This document shows positions 1 through 17,485 of a stretch of DNA of 64,000 nucleotides, one piece after another. How positions within the stretch are numbered: the first letter of the stretch is position 1; every line of letters begins with the position of its first letter. Position numbers and translations under genes: made by a program. This DNA is from Carpediemonas membranifera BICM (taxonomy: Eukaryota; Protista; Fornicata): the NCBI GenBank assembly GCA_019828565.1, contig JAHDYR010000053.1, positions 842,272 to 906,271 of the forward strand. Direction: 5' to 3'. The notes below the pieces were generated by a model, which saw nothing but the letters and a program-made list of their open reading frames with translations, was not told the origin of the DNA and did no database searches.

Positions 1-1067
1 TCGCCATGCACACGCTAAACCAGGGCGCGGTGCGGGCGGTGCTCATGCAGACCGGGGCAGCCCCGCGACAACCGAGAGCCAGCTGGAAAGGAAGATGCTG
101 ACTAATTCAGAGTTACAGTCTCGTTTGCTTTCATTGCAAGAAGTTCTATTCTGCGGTGAACATTGCAACAAGAGACGGCATCATCGCCAACAACGACGTG
201 CACCATCACCTCTACACCGGAAGGTTGTTCGAGATGATGCCAGGCGAGACTGGCCACACCCGAGTCAACGCCCCAACTGTCTCCCTGGGCGTTTGGTCTG
301 GGGTCTTTCCTGGTCATACTTGCACCCCCGCGTGGAATCTACGTGCTCGATCGCACCCAGTGGCAAGACATTCAGTTCGATCAGACACCACCGGAGTATT
401 TCATGTGTGCCCGAGACGGATACTTCACCCAATGCCCACGGTGGGAACAGTTCGAAGAAAGCGTGCCCCTTTGGCACAAGGATGATCTTCTTCGGGATGC
501 AGTGTCACTCGGCTGCGTGCTAGTTACCCCCGTTGGTCATGTGGCTGCGGGGCGGGTCAGGCAGTTTATTGTAGGGCCCGACTGTGTTGACTCAGCCATG
601 TTTTTGTGCCACTGCCTCCGAGAGTTGACCGTGTTGTTAGCAGTACAGTTTTCAGCGTCGTTGTCAGTGGGTCACAGCTGATCATGTCTGGGTCGACCCC
701 ATCGACCTTTTCAAAAGCCTGGGGTGGTTCCCGGACACAACGAGGAAGACGCATGTCTGACGCCAACTCCACTACAGTTCCAGCGCCGTGTGACGCGTTT
801 CTTCTGTGACAACGTCAGATACGTCGCTGTGACTGGCCAGGAGTCGATCTGTGCCGCTGAGATCCCGATGAAGCGGCGGGCCAGCGTCACCACAGTTCTC
901 CCATTTGCCGTGGCAGCCGTGGCGACCGAGCGTAGCACGCGCTTCCTCCCTGTTCAATCTGACGACGGACGCCACTCCAGAACCGATTGGTATGCCAGCT
1001 GAAACGGCAGCTGCAACTATTGCAGTGGTCGACATCGAACCAGGAAATAACAGATAAAACTTTAAAC

Positions 1068-2800
<1,733 letters not shown>

Positions 2801-2836
2801 TGCTACAAAACCTATTGGTCCTCACAGGCGAAGAAC

Positions 2837-3607
2837 ATGCCAAGAGGACGTAACTTTTCAATGTTTGTTTCTCTTTTGGGGGATAATGTCGATGGGGCAA
2901 TTTCTGCCGCCTGTGGCGCAGTTCGGGCCGAGTTGCAGAGATTGCAGAGACGAGGCACAACTCAGCGGGCCCACATCGCCATCACCGCCGTGCGCCAGAG
3001 TTTGCATCGGCCCGCTCGGGATGGGGTCCATTACTTCGACCAAGTGGCCCCTGCCCGTCGCCTTCGCCGCCCGCGACAGGCTGACCGCCAGCCTGATGAC
3101 GGACCAGCCGCAGCTGTGCAGCAACAGGGTTCCGGAAACACTACACAGGGGGACGGCGAGGAGGATGGTATGGCATTTGGCGACACCGACGATGACAATA
3201 TCGGAGGGTACCATGCCTACAGCCCTGCCTCTGATGCCGGACCTGCCGTACCTCAAGACAACATCTCATTCGTTGGTTGGGATGACGGATTTGGGTTCGA
3301 CGGTGGTTTTGATGGTTTTGATTCGCCCGAACTCCATGATATCTTGACCCCGATCCCCGTCCGCCTGCATCGTGCCGAGGATCAGCCTGTCCGGGAGGCG
3401 GGTCGTGCCGAGCGACAGCCTGTCCCGAACAGACGTGGGCCCAACCGTGAGAGAGTTGCCGCAGTTTTAGAAAGTGAGACAGAAACGATGGACCCCGACG
3501 CATTTGTCACATTCCGTGACCTCAATGCCGCTCTACAGCCGATTAATAACAGGCTCGAAAGAATTGAGAGCAGCATCGTCGAGATTCTCCGTCGCTTGCC
3601 CGAATAA
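2837..3607 (+). CDS. Hypothetical acidic/low-complexity protein with C-terminal coiled coil (copy 1, 256 aa from ATG 2837)
   Basis: Open frame, heptad-like C-terminus (LQPINNRLERIESSIVEILRRL); differences between copies are frame-preserving. Confidence 0.6.
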   Translation: MPRGRNFSMFVSLLGDNVDGAISAACGAVRAELQRLQRRGTTQRAHIAITAVRQSLHRPARDGVHYFDQVAPARRLRRPRQADRQPDDGPAAAVQQQGSGNTTQGDGEEDGMAFGDTDDDNIGGYHAYSPASDAGPAVPQDNISFVGWDDGFGFDGGFDGFDSPELHDILTPIPVRLHRAEDQPVREAGRAERQPVPNRRGPNRERVAAVLESETETMDPDAFVTFRDLNAALQPINNRLERIESSIVEILRRLPE

Positions 3608-3736
3608 CAGAATGCTAGTGTAAATACCTTTGTAAAGATGCCTTGCGGTGATCGACGCGTTGGGCGCAGAGGTGCGCCGAAGAAGGGCATAGGAATGTCG
3701 CCCAAGCCGCTGTTGGCCAAGGATTGGGAGAAGTCA

Positions 3737-5200
3737 TGGCAGTGAACAAACTTGGCTGCAGCGGTGTGGCAGACCCTGCCATTACCCACAATAAGGGCCG
3801 CCGCGATCGATCCGACTGTCAGTCAGAACTGCAACGCGAGTATCACTTCGTGGGGGAACGTTTATCGGTGCTCGATAGCACGCAAGATGCCACCAGAGAA
3901 GCGCTTATCTCCGCATTCCTTGTCTCGCTCGCTGTACCGCCATGAAACACCGGGGAAATCCTCTCACAGCTCAAAGACGCCTTCTTAAGCCACTTCAACG
4001 AGCAAATGCCGATGATCCATGACGTAGAGAGTAGTATTGCACCCAAGCGCGCCTCTTCTCTCGAATCCCTCATCGCCACGCACTCCAAGATCCTCTCGAA
4101 TCATTCGCGCAAACCCTCCTCGACCGTGCCCGCTCGATCCACACCAGTTCCCCCCGCTATTCATGAACGTCGAGCTCGCCGATGGAGAGGACCTCCCGGT
4201 CGCCATGCACACGCTAAACCAGGGCGCGGTGCGGGCGGTGCTCATGCAGACCGGGGCAGCCCCGCGACAACCGAGAGCCAGCTGGAAAGGAAGATGCTGA
4301 CTAATTCAGAGTTACAGTCTCGTTTGCTTTCATTGCAAGAAGTTCTATTCTGCGGTGAACATTGCAACAAGAGACGGCATCATCGCCAACAACGACGTGC
4401 ACCATCACCTCTACACCGGAAGGTTGTTCGAGATGATGCCAGGCGAGACTGGCCACACCCGAGTCAACGCCCCAACTGTCTCCCTGGGCGTTTGGTCTGG
4501 GGTCTTTCCTGGTCATACTTGCACCCCCGCGTGGAATCTACGTGCTCGATCGCACCCAGTGGCAAGACATTCAGTTCGATCAGACACCACCGGAGTATTT
4601 CATGTGTGCCCGAGACGGATACTTCACCCAATGCCCACGGTGGGAACAGTTCGAAGAAAGCGTGCCCCTTTGGCACAAGGATGATCTTCTTCGGGATGCA
4701 GTGTCACTCGGCTGCGTGCTAGTTACCCCCGTTGGTCATGTGGCTGCGGGGCGGGTCAGGCAGTTTATTGTAGGGCCCGACTGTGTTGACTCAGCCATGT
4801 TTTGTGCCACTGCCTCCGAGAGTTGACCGTGTTGTTAGCAGTACAGTTTTCAGCGTCGTTGTCAGTGGGTCACAGCTGATCATGTCTGGGTCGACCCCAT
4901 CGACCTTTTCAAAAAGCCTGGGGTGGTTCCCGGACACAACGAGGAAGACGCATGTCTGACGCCAACTCCACTACAGTTCCAGCGCCGTGTGACGCGTTTC
5001 TTCTGTGACAACGTCAGATACGTCGCTGTGACTGGCCAGGAGTCGATCTGTGCCGCTGAGATCCCGATGAAGCGGCGGGCCAGCGTCACCACAGTTCTCC
5101 CATTTGCCGTGGCAGCCGTGGCGACCGAGCGTAGCACGCGCTTCCTCCCTGTTCAATCTGACGACGGACGCCACTCCAGAACCGATTGGTATGCCAGCTG
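3737..5200 (+). pseudogene. Decayed multi-exon hypothetical gene (repeated in every unit, e.g. 1-1000, ~8012-9470, ~53958-55420)
   Basis: Protein-like stretches in shifting frames (...VNIATRDGII...EESVPLWHKDDLLRD...), an in-frame TGA near 3943, and splice-like signals GCTGACTAATTCAG and GTTGACTCAG. Confidence 0.4.
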
Positions 5201-5266
5201 AAACGGCAGCTGCAACTATTGCAGTGGTCGACATCGAACCAGGAAATAACAGATAAAACTTTAAAC

Positions 5267-6772
<1,506 letters not shown>

Positions 6773-7036
6773 TTATAGGTTATTGGCCTGTGTTATCACG
6801 GATATACTGGGAGACGCGAACCCTCTTCGACTCTATCGTTGTCGGTGTCGACTCACGCATAATTTTCGAAGCTTTGGATCATTCCTCCTGGCCAGGACAG
6901 CTGGCCTTGGTCGTCGGGTCGAGAAGGACTATGTCTGTGGTATCTGGCTGCACGCGAGAGTACACTGCAATAAATATTTTCTGTGACCGTCCTCTTGACA
7001 TGCTACAAAACCTATTGGTCCTCACAGGCGAAGAAC

Positions 7037-7882
7037 ATGCCAAGAGGACGTAACTTTTCAATGTTTGTTTCTCTTTTGGGGGATAATGTCGATGGGGCAA
7101 TTTCTGCCGCCTGTGGCGCAGTTCGGGCCGAGTTGCAGAGATTGCAGAGACGAGGCACAACTCAGCGGGCCCACATCGCCATCACCGCCGTGCGCCAGAG
7201 TTTGCATCGGCCCGCTCGGGATGGGGTCCATTACTTCGACCAAGTGGCCCCTGCCCGTCGCCTTCGCCGCCCGCGACAGGCTGACCGCCAGCCTGATGAC
7301 GGACCAGCCGCAGCTGTGCAGCAACAGGGTTCCGGAAACACTACACAGGGGGACGGCGAGGAGGATGGTATGGCATTTGGCGACACCGACGATGACAATA
7401 TCGGAGGGTACCATGCCTACAGCCCTGCCTCTGATGCCGGACCTGCCGTACCTCAAGACAACATCTCATTCGTTGGTTGGGATGACGGATTTGGGTTCGA
7501 CGGTGGTTTTGATGGTTTTGATTCGCCCGAACTCCATGATATCTTGACCCCGATCCCCGTCCGCCTGCATCGTGCCGAGGATCAGCCTGTCCGGGAGGCG
7601 GGTCGTGCCGAGGATCAGCCTGTCCGGGAGGCGGGTCGTGCCGAGCGACAGCCTGTCCCGAACAGACGTGGGCCCAACCGTGAGAGAGTTGCCGCAGTTT
7701 TAGAAAGTGAGACAGAAACGATGGACCCCGACGCATTTGTCACATTCCTTGACCTCAATGCCGCTCTACAGCCGATTAATAACAGGATCGAAGGAATTGA
7801 GAACAGGATCGAAGGAATTGAGAACAGGCTCGAAAGAATTGAGAGCAGCATCGTCGAGATTCTCCGTCGCTTGCCCGAATAA
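7037..7882 (+). CDS. Hypothetical acidic coiled-coil protein, copy 2 (25 aa longer through in-frame duplications)
   Basis: Extra 33-nt RAEDQPVREAG unit and two extra 21-nt IEGIENR heptads relative to copy 1. Confidence 0.6.
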   Translation: MPRGRNFSMFVSLLGDNVDGAISAACGAVRAELQRLQRRGTTQRAHIAITAVRQSLHRPARDGVHYFDQVAPARRLRRPRQADRQPDDGPAAAVQQQGSGNTTQGDGEEDGMAFGDTDDDNIGGYHAYSPASDAGPAVPQDNISFVGWDDGFGFDGGFDGFDSPELHDILTPIPVRLHRAEDQPVREAGRAEDQPVREAGRAERQPVPNRRGPNRERVAAVLESETETMDPDAFVTFLDLNAALQPINNRIEGIENRIEGIENRLERIESSIVEILRRLPE

Positions 7883-9538
7883 CAGAATGCTAGTGTAAAT
7901 ACCTTTGTAAAGATGCCTTGCGGTGATCGACGCGTTGGGCGCAGAGGTGCGCCGAAGAAGGGCATAGGAATGTCGCCCAAGCCGCTGTTGGCCAAGGATT
8001 GGGAGAAGTCATGGCAGTGAACAAACTTGGCTGCAGCGGTGTGGCAGACCCTGCCATTACCCACAATAAGGGCCGCCGCGATCGATCCGACTGTCAGTCA
8101 GAACTGCAACGCGAGTATCACTTCGTGGGGGAACGTTTATCGGTGCTCGATAGCACGCAAGATGCCACCAGAGAAGCGCTTATCTCCGCATTCCTTGTCT
8201 CGCTCGCTGTACCGCCATGAAACACCGGGGAAATCCTCTCACAGCTCAAAGACGCCTTCTTAAGCCACTTCAACGAGCAAATGCCGATGATCCATGACGT
8301 AGAGAGTAGTATTGCACCCAAGCGCGCCTCTTCTCTCGAATCCCTCATCGCCACGCACTCCAAGATCCTCTCGAATCATTCGCGCAAACCCTCCTCGACC
8401 GTGCCCGCTCGATCCACACCAGTTCCCCCCGCTATTCATGAACGTCGAGCTCGCCGATGGAGAGGACCTCCCGGTCGCCATGCACACGCTAAACCAGGGC
8501 GCGGTGCGGGCGGTGCTCATGCAGACCGGGGCAGCCCCGCGACAACCGAGAGCCAGCTGGAAAGGAAGATGCTGACTAATTCAGAGTTACAGTCTCGTTT
8601 GCTTTCATTGCAAGAAGTTCTATTCTGCGGTGAACATTGCAACAAGAGACGGCATCATCGCCAACAACGACGTGCACCATCACCTCTACACCGGAAGGTT
8701 GTTCGAGATGATGCCAGGCGAGACTGGCCACACCCGAGTCAACGCCCCAACTGTCTCCTGGGCGTTTGGTCTGGGGTCTTTCCTGGTCATACTTGCACCC
8801 CCGCGTGGAATCTACGTGCTCGATCGCACCCAGTGGCAAGACATTCAGTTCGATCAGACGCCACCGGAGTATTTCATGTGTGCCCGAGACGGATACTTCA
8901 CCCAATGCCCACGGTGGGAACAGTTCGAAGAAAGCGTGCCCCTTTGGCACAAGGATGATCTTCTTCGGGATGCAGTGTCACTCGGCTGCGTGCTAGTTAC
9001 CCCCGTTGGTCATGTGGCTGCGGGGCGGGTCAGGCAGTTTATTGTAGGGCCCGACTGTGTTGACTCAGCCATGTTTTGTGCCACTGCCTCCGAGAGTTGA
9101 CCGTGTTGTTAGCAGTACAGTTTTCAGCGTCGTTGTCAGTGGGTCACAGCTGATCATGTCTGGGTCGACCCCATCGACCTTTTCAAAGCCTGGGGTGGTT
9201 CCCGGACACAACGAGGAAGACGCATGTCTGACGCCAACTCCACTACAGTTCCAGCGCCGTGTGACGCGTTTCTTCTGTGACAACGTCAGATACGTCGCTG
9301 TGACTGGCCAGGAGTCGATCTGTGCCGCTGAGATCCCGATGAAGCGGCGGGCCAGCGTCACCACAGTTCTCCCATTTGCCGTGGCAGCCGTGGCGACCGA
9401 GCGTAGCACGCGCTTCCTCCCTGTTCAATCTGACGACGGACGCCACTCCAGAACCGATTGGTATGCCAGCTGAAACGGCAGCTGCAACTATTGCAGTGGT
9501 CGACATCGAACCAGGAAATAACAGATAAAACTTTAAAC

Positions 9539-11050
<1,512 letters not shown>

Positions 11051-11662
11051 TTATTGGCCTGTGTTATCACGGATATACTGGGAGACGCGAACCCTCTTCG
11101 ACTCTATCGTTGTCGGTGTCGACTCACGCATAATTTTCGAAGCTTTGGATCATTCCTCCTGGCCAGGACAGCTGGCCTTGGTCGTCGGGTCGAGAAGGAC
11201 TATGTCTGTGGTATCTGGCTGCACGCGAGAGTACACTGCAATAAATATTTTCTGTGACCGTCCTCTTGACATGCTACAAAACCTATTGGTCCTCACAGGC
11301 GAAGAACATGCCAAGTGTTGCAGCAGGAAACACAGAGAGTGATTTAATTGATCCGGGGTAAATCAGTCATCAATTGATTACACTTCCCCCAAGATCCGGA
11401 AATAAAAATTCGGATCTTCCAAAATCTCCAGAACCCCGAAATAAAATTCCTTGGTCCAAATCTTCAGCAGAATCTATTCCCGCAGGTTATGTCTCATTGA
11501 AGGTCCCCATGCTGAGGACGCATCAAAAACAAACCATCAACGTCGTATGCCGTGAATAACAACTAATCAACATCAAAACCAATGGAATCCAGCTTATTGT
11601 AGCTGAACACTGCTCCTTCCCCCATGGCTCCGAAGTTTCCAGCCTTTTCAGCGACTACCGCC

Positions 11663-12089
11663 TTAGTTCGCTTTGAACCGCAGCATCTTCCGCTGTGCAG
11701 GCAACTTCTTCGCCAAATGAGGTACTTTCTCCAAGTATCTGTCAAGTGCTTCGAGTTTGTCTAGCTCCAATGTGAATGGCTCCCACGTGGCTTCCTCAGG
11801 AAGGTACCCTTCCCAAATAACATGCAGTAGCAGCTTCCGTCCCTCGAACTTGTGCTCGTTGATCTCCTCCACCACGTATTCGTCGTCTCGCTCCGCAGCA
11901 ACCTGCTTCAGCTGATCGAGCGTCAAGCTTGTCTCGAACACCCTGAGCCTGTCAGCGTGGATGCTGTGGGTCTTCCCGGACGTCAGGTTACGGACACGAT
12001 AAACGTTCGGGGACTTGTCTGGGCCTATGCACCACATCGGCCCGAGCAGAGTAGATCTCCTACCGGAGTTCGACGCCACCAGGACTGCG
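11663..12089 (-). pseudogene. Integrase C-terminal (GPY/F-like) region plus chromodomain of element A
   Basis: LGPMWC...EYVVEEINEHKFEGRKLLLHVIWEGYLPEEATWEP; paralogous to the C-terminus of element D pol. Confidence 0.85.
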
Positions 12090-12442
12090 TGTGCTCGAGA
12101 GGACGGAAAAACAACTTGGTGCTTTAGTCAAAGAGAAGTCGACACAACAGTGTCGACCGGAATGGCGGATCGAATCGCCAATCAAATAAAATATTTGATT
12201 GGCACACTGCCACACTACCTCCCCAGAGGCGGAGCCCGAGACCTTCAAGAGCGGTCAAAGCTCATTTCCGCCTGGCGACAGGCGCACAGCGGGTCCTGCA
12301 GCAGGACACGGGCGGACATCTTGGCCGGGCACACCTTCCCTCAAGGCTCTGACGGGTGGGAGAGTAGAGACAACTTGTACTAGCACGGATCGTTTATTTG
12401 TTTGGGCAGGACGCTGAACCAATGTCCTGCCTTGACAGTAGC

Positions 12443-13508
12443 TTAGAGTTGCCAGCCATTGCGGCGGCAGGCGGCCTCGACTGGCTGTCTCCATGAAGGG
12501 CTGACGTTGAGAAAGTCGTCGAGAGCGGCCATCTGGGCTGTCTCAGCGTTGAGCGTGACCTCCGAATCCTCTGCTGACTCGCACCCGGCCCAGTGGACTA
12601 GGAGGTATATGGTCTTCGATCTGGCTGGACGACGGGCCGAGACGATGTGGTCTACGGCGTACTCCCCCTCTTGCTCGGCGACTAGGGTCTTGAGCTCGTC
12701 GAGGTCCGTGGAGCCAGTCCAGGCCTTGATGCGGCGGTCGGAAACTTCCATGGTCTTATCGGTCGTGATGTGTTGGATGATCGACGACGACGTGTGGTCA
12801 CCGCGGCGCAGATATCTGAACGGACCGCGCCAGTTTGCCTCGATCTTGGCGGACTTCGGGCGAAGGAGGAGTACGAGAGAGCCGGGCTCGTGCGTGGGGG
12901 GCACATTGGTGGGAATTGCAGCCTTCTTGGCGGCGTAGCGAGCGAGGGCTTCGCGGGCGGCCTTTAGGCGCGAAGGATCGGCCTTCCCTTCGGTGAATGG
13001 GAAGAGGATGTCCAGAGGAGAGGCCTTGGTGGACGAAACCTGCTTGGAATTGAGGATAAGCTCGACAGAGGGCAGATGTTCGTCCCAGGGTTGCATCGTA
13101 GCGGGCTTGATGATCTTTTCGATCTCGAAGTTGTACCTTTCCACAATGCCGTTGGACTGTGGGCTGTAAGGGGCGGAAAAGCGGTGATTCAACGAGAGTG
13201 CGCATGTAAGCTCATCTATTAGCTTCGCTGTGAACTGCGAGCCGTTGTCGGACTGGATCTCGCGAGGTACGCCGTAGGCACCGCAGTAAGCATAAAGTGC
13301 GCGAGCGGCCGCGAGGGCGTCAGTGGACGTGGCTGGGAACAGTCTGATGTACCTGGAGAAGGTGCCCACGATCGAGATGATGTAGGAGTTTCCCGACGGC
13401 GTGGTGGGTAGGGGCCCAAGAGTGTCGACCTGAACTCTGTGGAAAGGAGCGTCCGAGGAGGATGGGTGATACGCGATGGGGCACTCTCTGGCAGGGGCAT
13501 GCAGCTGG
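12443..13508 (-). CDS. Element B pol, 3' part: integrase core and chromodomain
   Basis: QVDTLGP...IQSDNGSQF...PQSNGIVERYN (DDE), WRGPF, EYAVDHIV...YLLVHWAG; continues CPHCQLHA from the other side of the LINE. Confidence 0.9.
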
Positions 13509-13983
13509 TCAGTTCACCAATGATTTCAGCAAAGTGGAAACACTTCGATCATGGATGGACAAGGACCAACAGGCCTGGCCTATATGGATAGGGCAGTGCC
13601 CCATGGAGCTCAGAAGGAGCGGCCTTGGCCTCCTGTCTGAACATTCAAGGGTTGCTATCAGGGCATACCGCTGGGCGCGAGTGGGAGCTCCACGCCCATA
13701 CCAAGGAATCAAAGTGTCTTCATGGAACGTATGTTTACAAGGAAAAGGAAAACAACCGTCGAGGGCCAGTGCTAGCACCGGCGGCTACATGGTTTTGTCA
13801 AGACCACAAGGAAGGAAGGGCAGCACAAAAGGGAAACAGGGGCCGTCGATAGAGGCTAAAAGGAGACTACGAACAAAGCAACAACAACTACACAGAAAGG
13901 CCCCGCTACTCAGAAAAGGGCGACGCATTTTTAGGACCGCGCCTTTTTGGAAAGAATGGCCTATATAGTACGGAGCATGGACA

Positions 13984-16900
13984 ATGGGAGAAACTGGAAG
14001 GCCTGGACGGAGACCTCACCCGGATATGTACATGTGGCCCGACTTTCGGACCCAAAAATTCCGACCCAGTTTATGGACTAGGAAAAGGGGAGAAATTTTG
14101 CACTCAACAATGCAGGTAGAAATACCGACAAGGATCAGGGATTCCACGCAGAAGCAGTGGGAGGACATCAGGGAACTACTGGACAGCTTCCTCGCTGAAA
14201 GGAACGATTCAAGGACTCTACTTCTTCGTAGAACAGGCAAGTTTACAGGAAAGTCGCTCAATGCGAACTCCAAAGGACGCAAGGAAGTAATCATGAACGC
14301 CAGACGCATCCTCTTCGCAACCGGCGTCACTGACAACAAGGACATCATCCTCAGGAACCCATGCGGCATCCACGGCCTCCGCGACCTTTTCTACATGCTC
14401 ACAGAGGCGCTCAACCCCAGAGACGAGGAAGCAAAGGACATGGCACAGGCACTGGAGCCCAAGACGCTGAAAGCGGGCTTCACTGGCATGGCAAGATGGC
14501 CATCTGAGAAGGACATCGAGACGGCGATCCTCAAGCCGAAGGAAGATGGGCCCATCGAATGGGATGTAGACAGGGACAGCGTCAAGAAGGCCGAAGGGTC
14601 GTTCATACTGGTATCAGGGGCTCATGGAGACGAGGCCGTAGAAGGCGTGCCTTACGACAAGGTATGGGATCCGGCAAACCAAGGCCCGGTCACCAGAGTG
14701 GCCTACGAGCAAGAGGACGGCAAGTACAGGGTCATCCTAGAGCTAAGCGACACGTCAGCATGGTCCATCAGCCGCTTCATGGAGGAGGCTAGGGACATCC
14801 TCAGGCTTCAGGCACCGGAGGCCCCGGCCATATGGCAGGCAGCATGGAACAAGTCAGGGATCTACCTGAAGGGCAGAACCAATATCCTGGGCGAAGGGGA
14901 GGAGACCCCCTTAGCAACGAGCCGCCGTTCCGGAAGGTGAGGCTGGAAGTGCTCAAGGCCACCTCGGTCCGCAGCAATAGGGACGAACATGCCGATCTGG
15001 ACAGGTCGTCCGCTAGCACGGTCATCGACGGAGACGAGGAGCAACATGTCAAGGACAAGGAGGAACGACGCCAGCAGGCCACCATGCCCGGCAGAAGAAG
15101 CCTCGACGACAGCCTCCTGGAAGTGAACAAGGACATGGTCGGGGCCAACCAAGGCAAGATCGACCAGGACGAGGAGGTCGACTCAAACAAGGTCAGCAGC
15201 CAGCCGCCGAGGATGCCTAGAAAGGACAAGGAGAAACGACTGGTGATCGGAGCCATCGACTTCGAGTGCGCAGACCCTGGCGTCAAGAAGGCAGGGATCC
15301 CTGCCATCCCGGTTGAGGGCGGGATCGTACTCTTTGACCTCAGCACTGGGGACATTCTTGGACACGGGCATGGCCTGTATTACCAGGACATACCGGCAGC
15401 AAGCATGGACCAAGCGAGGTACACGGCATGGGCAGTGACGGGGCTGCCGCCGGCCACCTTCGTGGAGGTCGGGACGGGGCGGCCGCCGATCGAGTATGAG
15501 AAGCACATACATACTTTCAGGGACTGGGCCAACCGCCTGGCGGCTCAGCTGGCAAGGATCGAAAGGTCGGAGGGTTGGAAGATAATCATGTATGCAAAGG
15601 GGGTGGAGATGGAAAGCTTCCTCCTCACGAACCCCACAAATGGACTGGAGCAAGGAACCAGGGAATTCTTCCAAGCTAGGCTGGTGGACGAGAAGAAGCT
15701 ACCAGAGATCCTGGAGAACAACGGCAAGGAGGAGGCTGGCCAAAACCTCAGGGACAACCTCGACAAGGCCAACTACCTGGAAGCAGTAACAACATGGTCA
15801 AATGGATGGCAGAACAGGAGCGAGCCCAAGGGAGTCTGTCCGTACCACAGACACACCGCGGGTTGCTACCACTGTGGGTTGGCGGATACAGTAGTCTTCA
15901 CAGCCAGGATCAGGGCCCTATGCAAGGAGAGGATGAGCACCCCAGACGTCTACCACTACATGGGTAAGGCACTCGACAAGACCATGGAAGCAGTCGGGAA
16001 GGCGGAGCCGGGCATAGATATCATGGGAGGCCCGGAATTCGCGACAAGGAGGGACACCTTTGAGATCTTCGGCACGTACCCGATCGGGGACGCAAGGGAC
16101 GTCAGCAGGGAAGTCGGCGACAGGATCCTCGTAGTCCCGGACAACGGACACCGCTTCGGCATCGGCTTCGGGTTCGGGGAGGTTCTGTTGGGCATGAAGG
16201 GCATCTTACTGCCCCCCTCACAATCATGGACAACGAAGGTGTACTGGAGAGAAGCCCGCTATGGACCATCATGGAAAGAGCCACGGCTAACCAGCTCCGC
16301 ATGGTACGCGTCAGGAAGGGCCTAGGGGCAGCAAGGGAGGAGGACATCATAACCATGGCCATGCTATACGAGTGGTGGCCCTCGAAGGAGGCTACGGCTC
16401 ATCAAGGAGTCTGGGGCTGCGACGACCTAGCAGAGAGCCTCAGGGACTATGAGAAGGTCATAGTCAACGTCAAGGCCCCCAGGAACAGGGGTAGGATCAC
16501 CCTAGGGGCGAGCTTCATCCCGAGAGACTGGGGCATGGTCAGGGTCAGCGAGGCTGGGACCATCCTAAGCCGCATGCGCAAGGAAGGGGCCAGACTAGTC
16601 TCGGCAGCTATCCCGGACGAGCCCAGAGCCAACACAGTCAATGTCCCAGGCATCACGTATGTCCCCACCATCGACGGAAAGTCCGAACAGCCATACCAAA
16701 GTAGGTTCTTCGACAACGGCCTGGAGGAAAAGGCGAGGCGGATTAGCACCAGGATGGTGGGCAGGCACTTCGGCCAGGACGCGGATCAAGGACATCACGA
16801 CCAGCATGGAGACAGGGAAGAGGACAGAAGGGTAGGACACGGAGCCGGCGGTAGAGCTGGTGTCAGAGCTGACGACAGAACCGGCGACAGAGCTGGTAAC

Positions 16901-17485
16901 ATGAACAGGACCTCGGATCGTAACCACGGAGGAGACGACAGGGAGAGACAGGACAACACGGGAACGCAGATGAGAGGCTCGTTCAGCGGGAACACCTGGG
17001 CCGGTAGAGGCTCAGAGGGAGGCATGGACAACAGCAAGGATCACTCTTCCTCCACGACGCTCAAGCGCAAGGAGGGCAGCACGAGTAGGATCATGGACTC
17101 GGACAGCGGAAAGAGAAGCAGGCACGAAGAGGACATGGACTGGGAGTCTGGAAGCAGACAGGCAACCGGCATGGACTCGGAGAAGCTGCGGCTCCGAAAG
17201 CAGTTGGCAGAGGCGCAACAAGAGATCTCAGCGCTCAAGTCTGCCCGACTCATGCAAGAGCAAGGCCACGGAAGGTTGGTGCTCTCCGGCGTCGCGACTA
17301 AGCCCAGCAAGGAGAAGCCCACGATCCCCCGGCACAAGCACAAGAAGGCTAAGAAGGCCAAGCAGATCTCACCCATGGACCTGATGACCCAGTTCATCAC
17401 GGTAATGCAGAGTCTACAAGGACAGCAAGTGAGTCAGGCCGAGGACAGCTGCAGCGGCAGTGGGGAGTCCACGGAGGAGGAGTAA
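13984..17485 (+). CDS. LINE ORF1 (~1170 aa if two -1 frameshifts are corrected) with a DEDDh/Maelstrom-like exonuclease domain (~15240-15900) and C-terminal coiled coil/basic tail
   Basis: Three overlapping ORFs (13984-14940, 14832-16325, 16226-17485) whose overlaps contain C-runs; motifs AIDFEC...PVEG, YAKGVEME, CPYH...HCGLAD. Confidence 0.7.
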
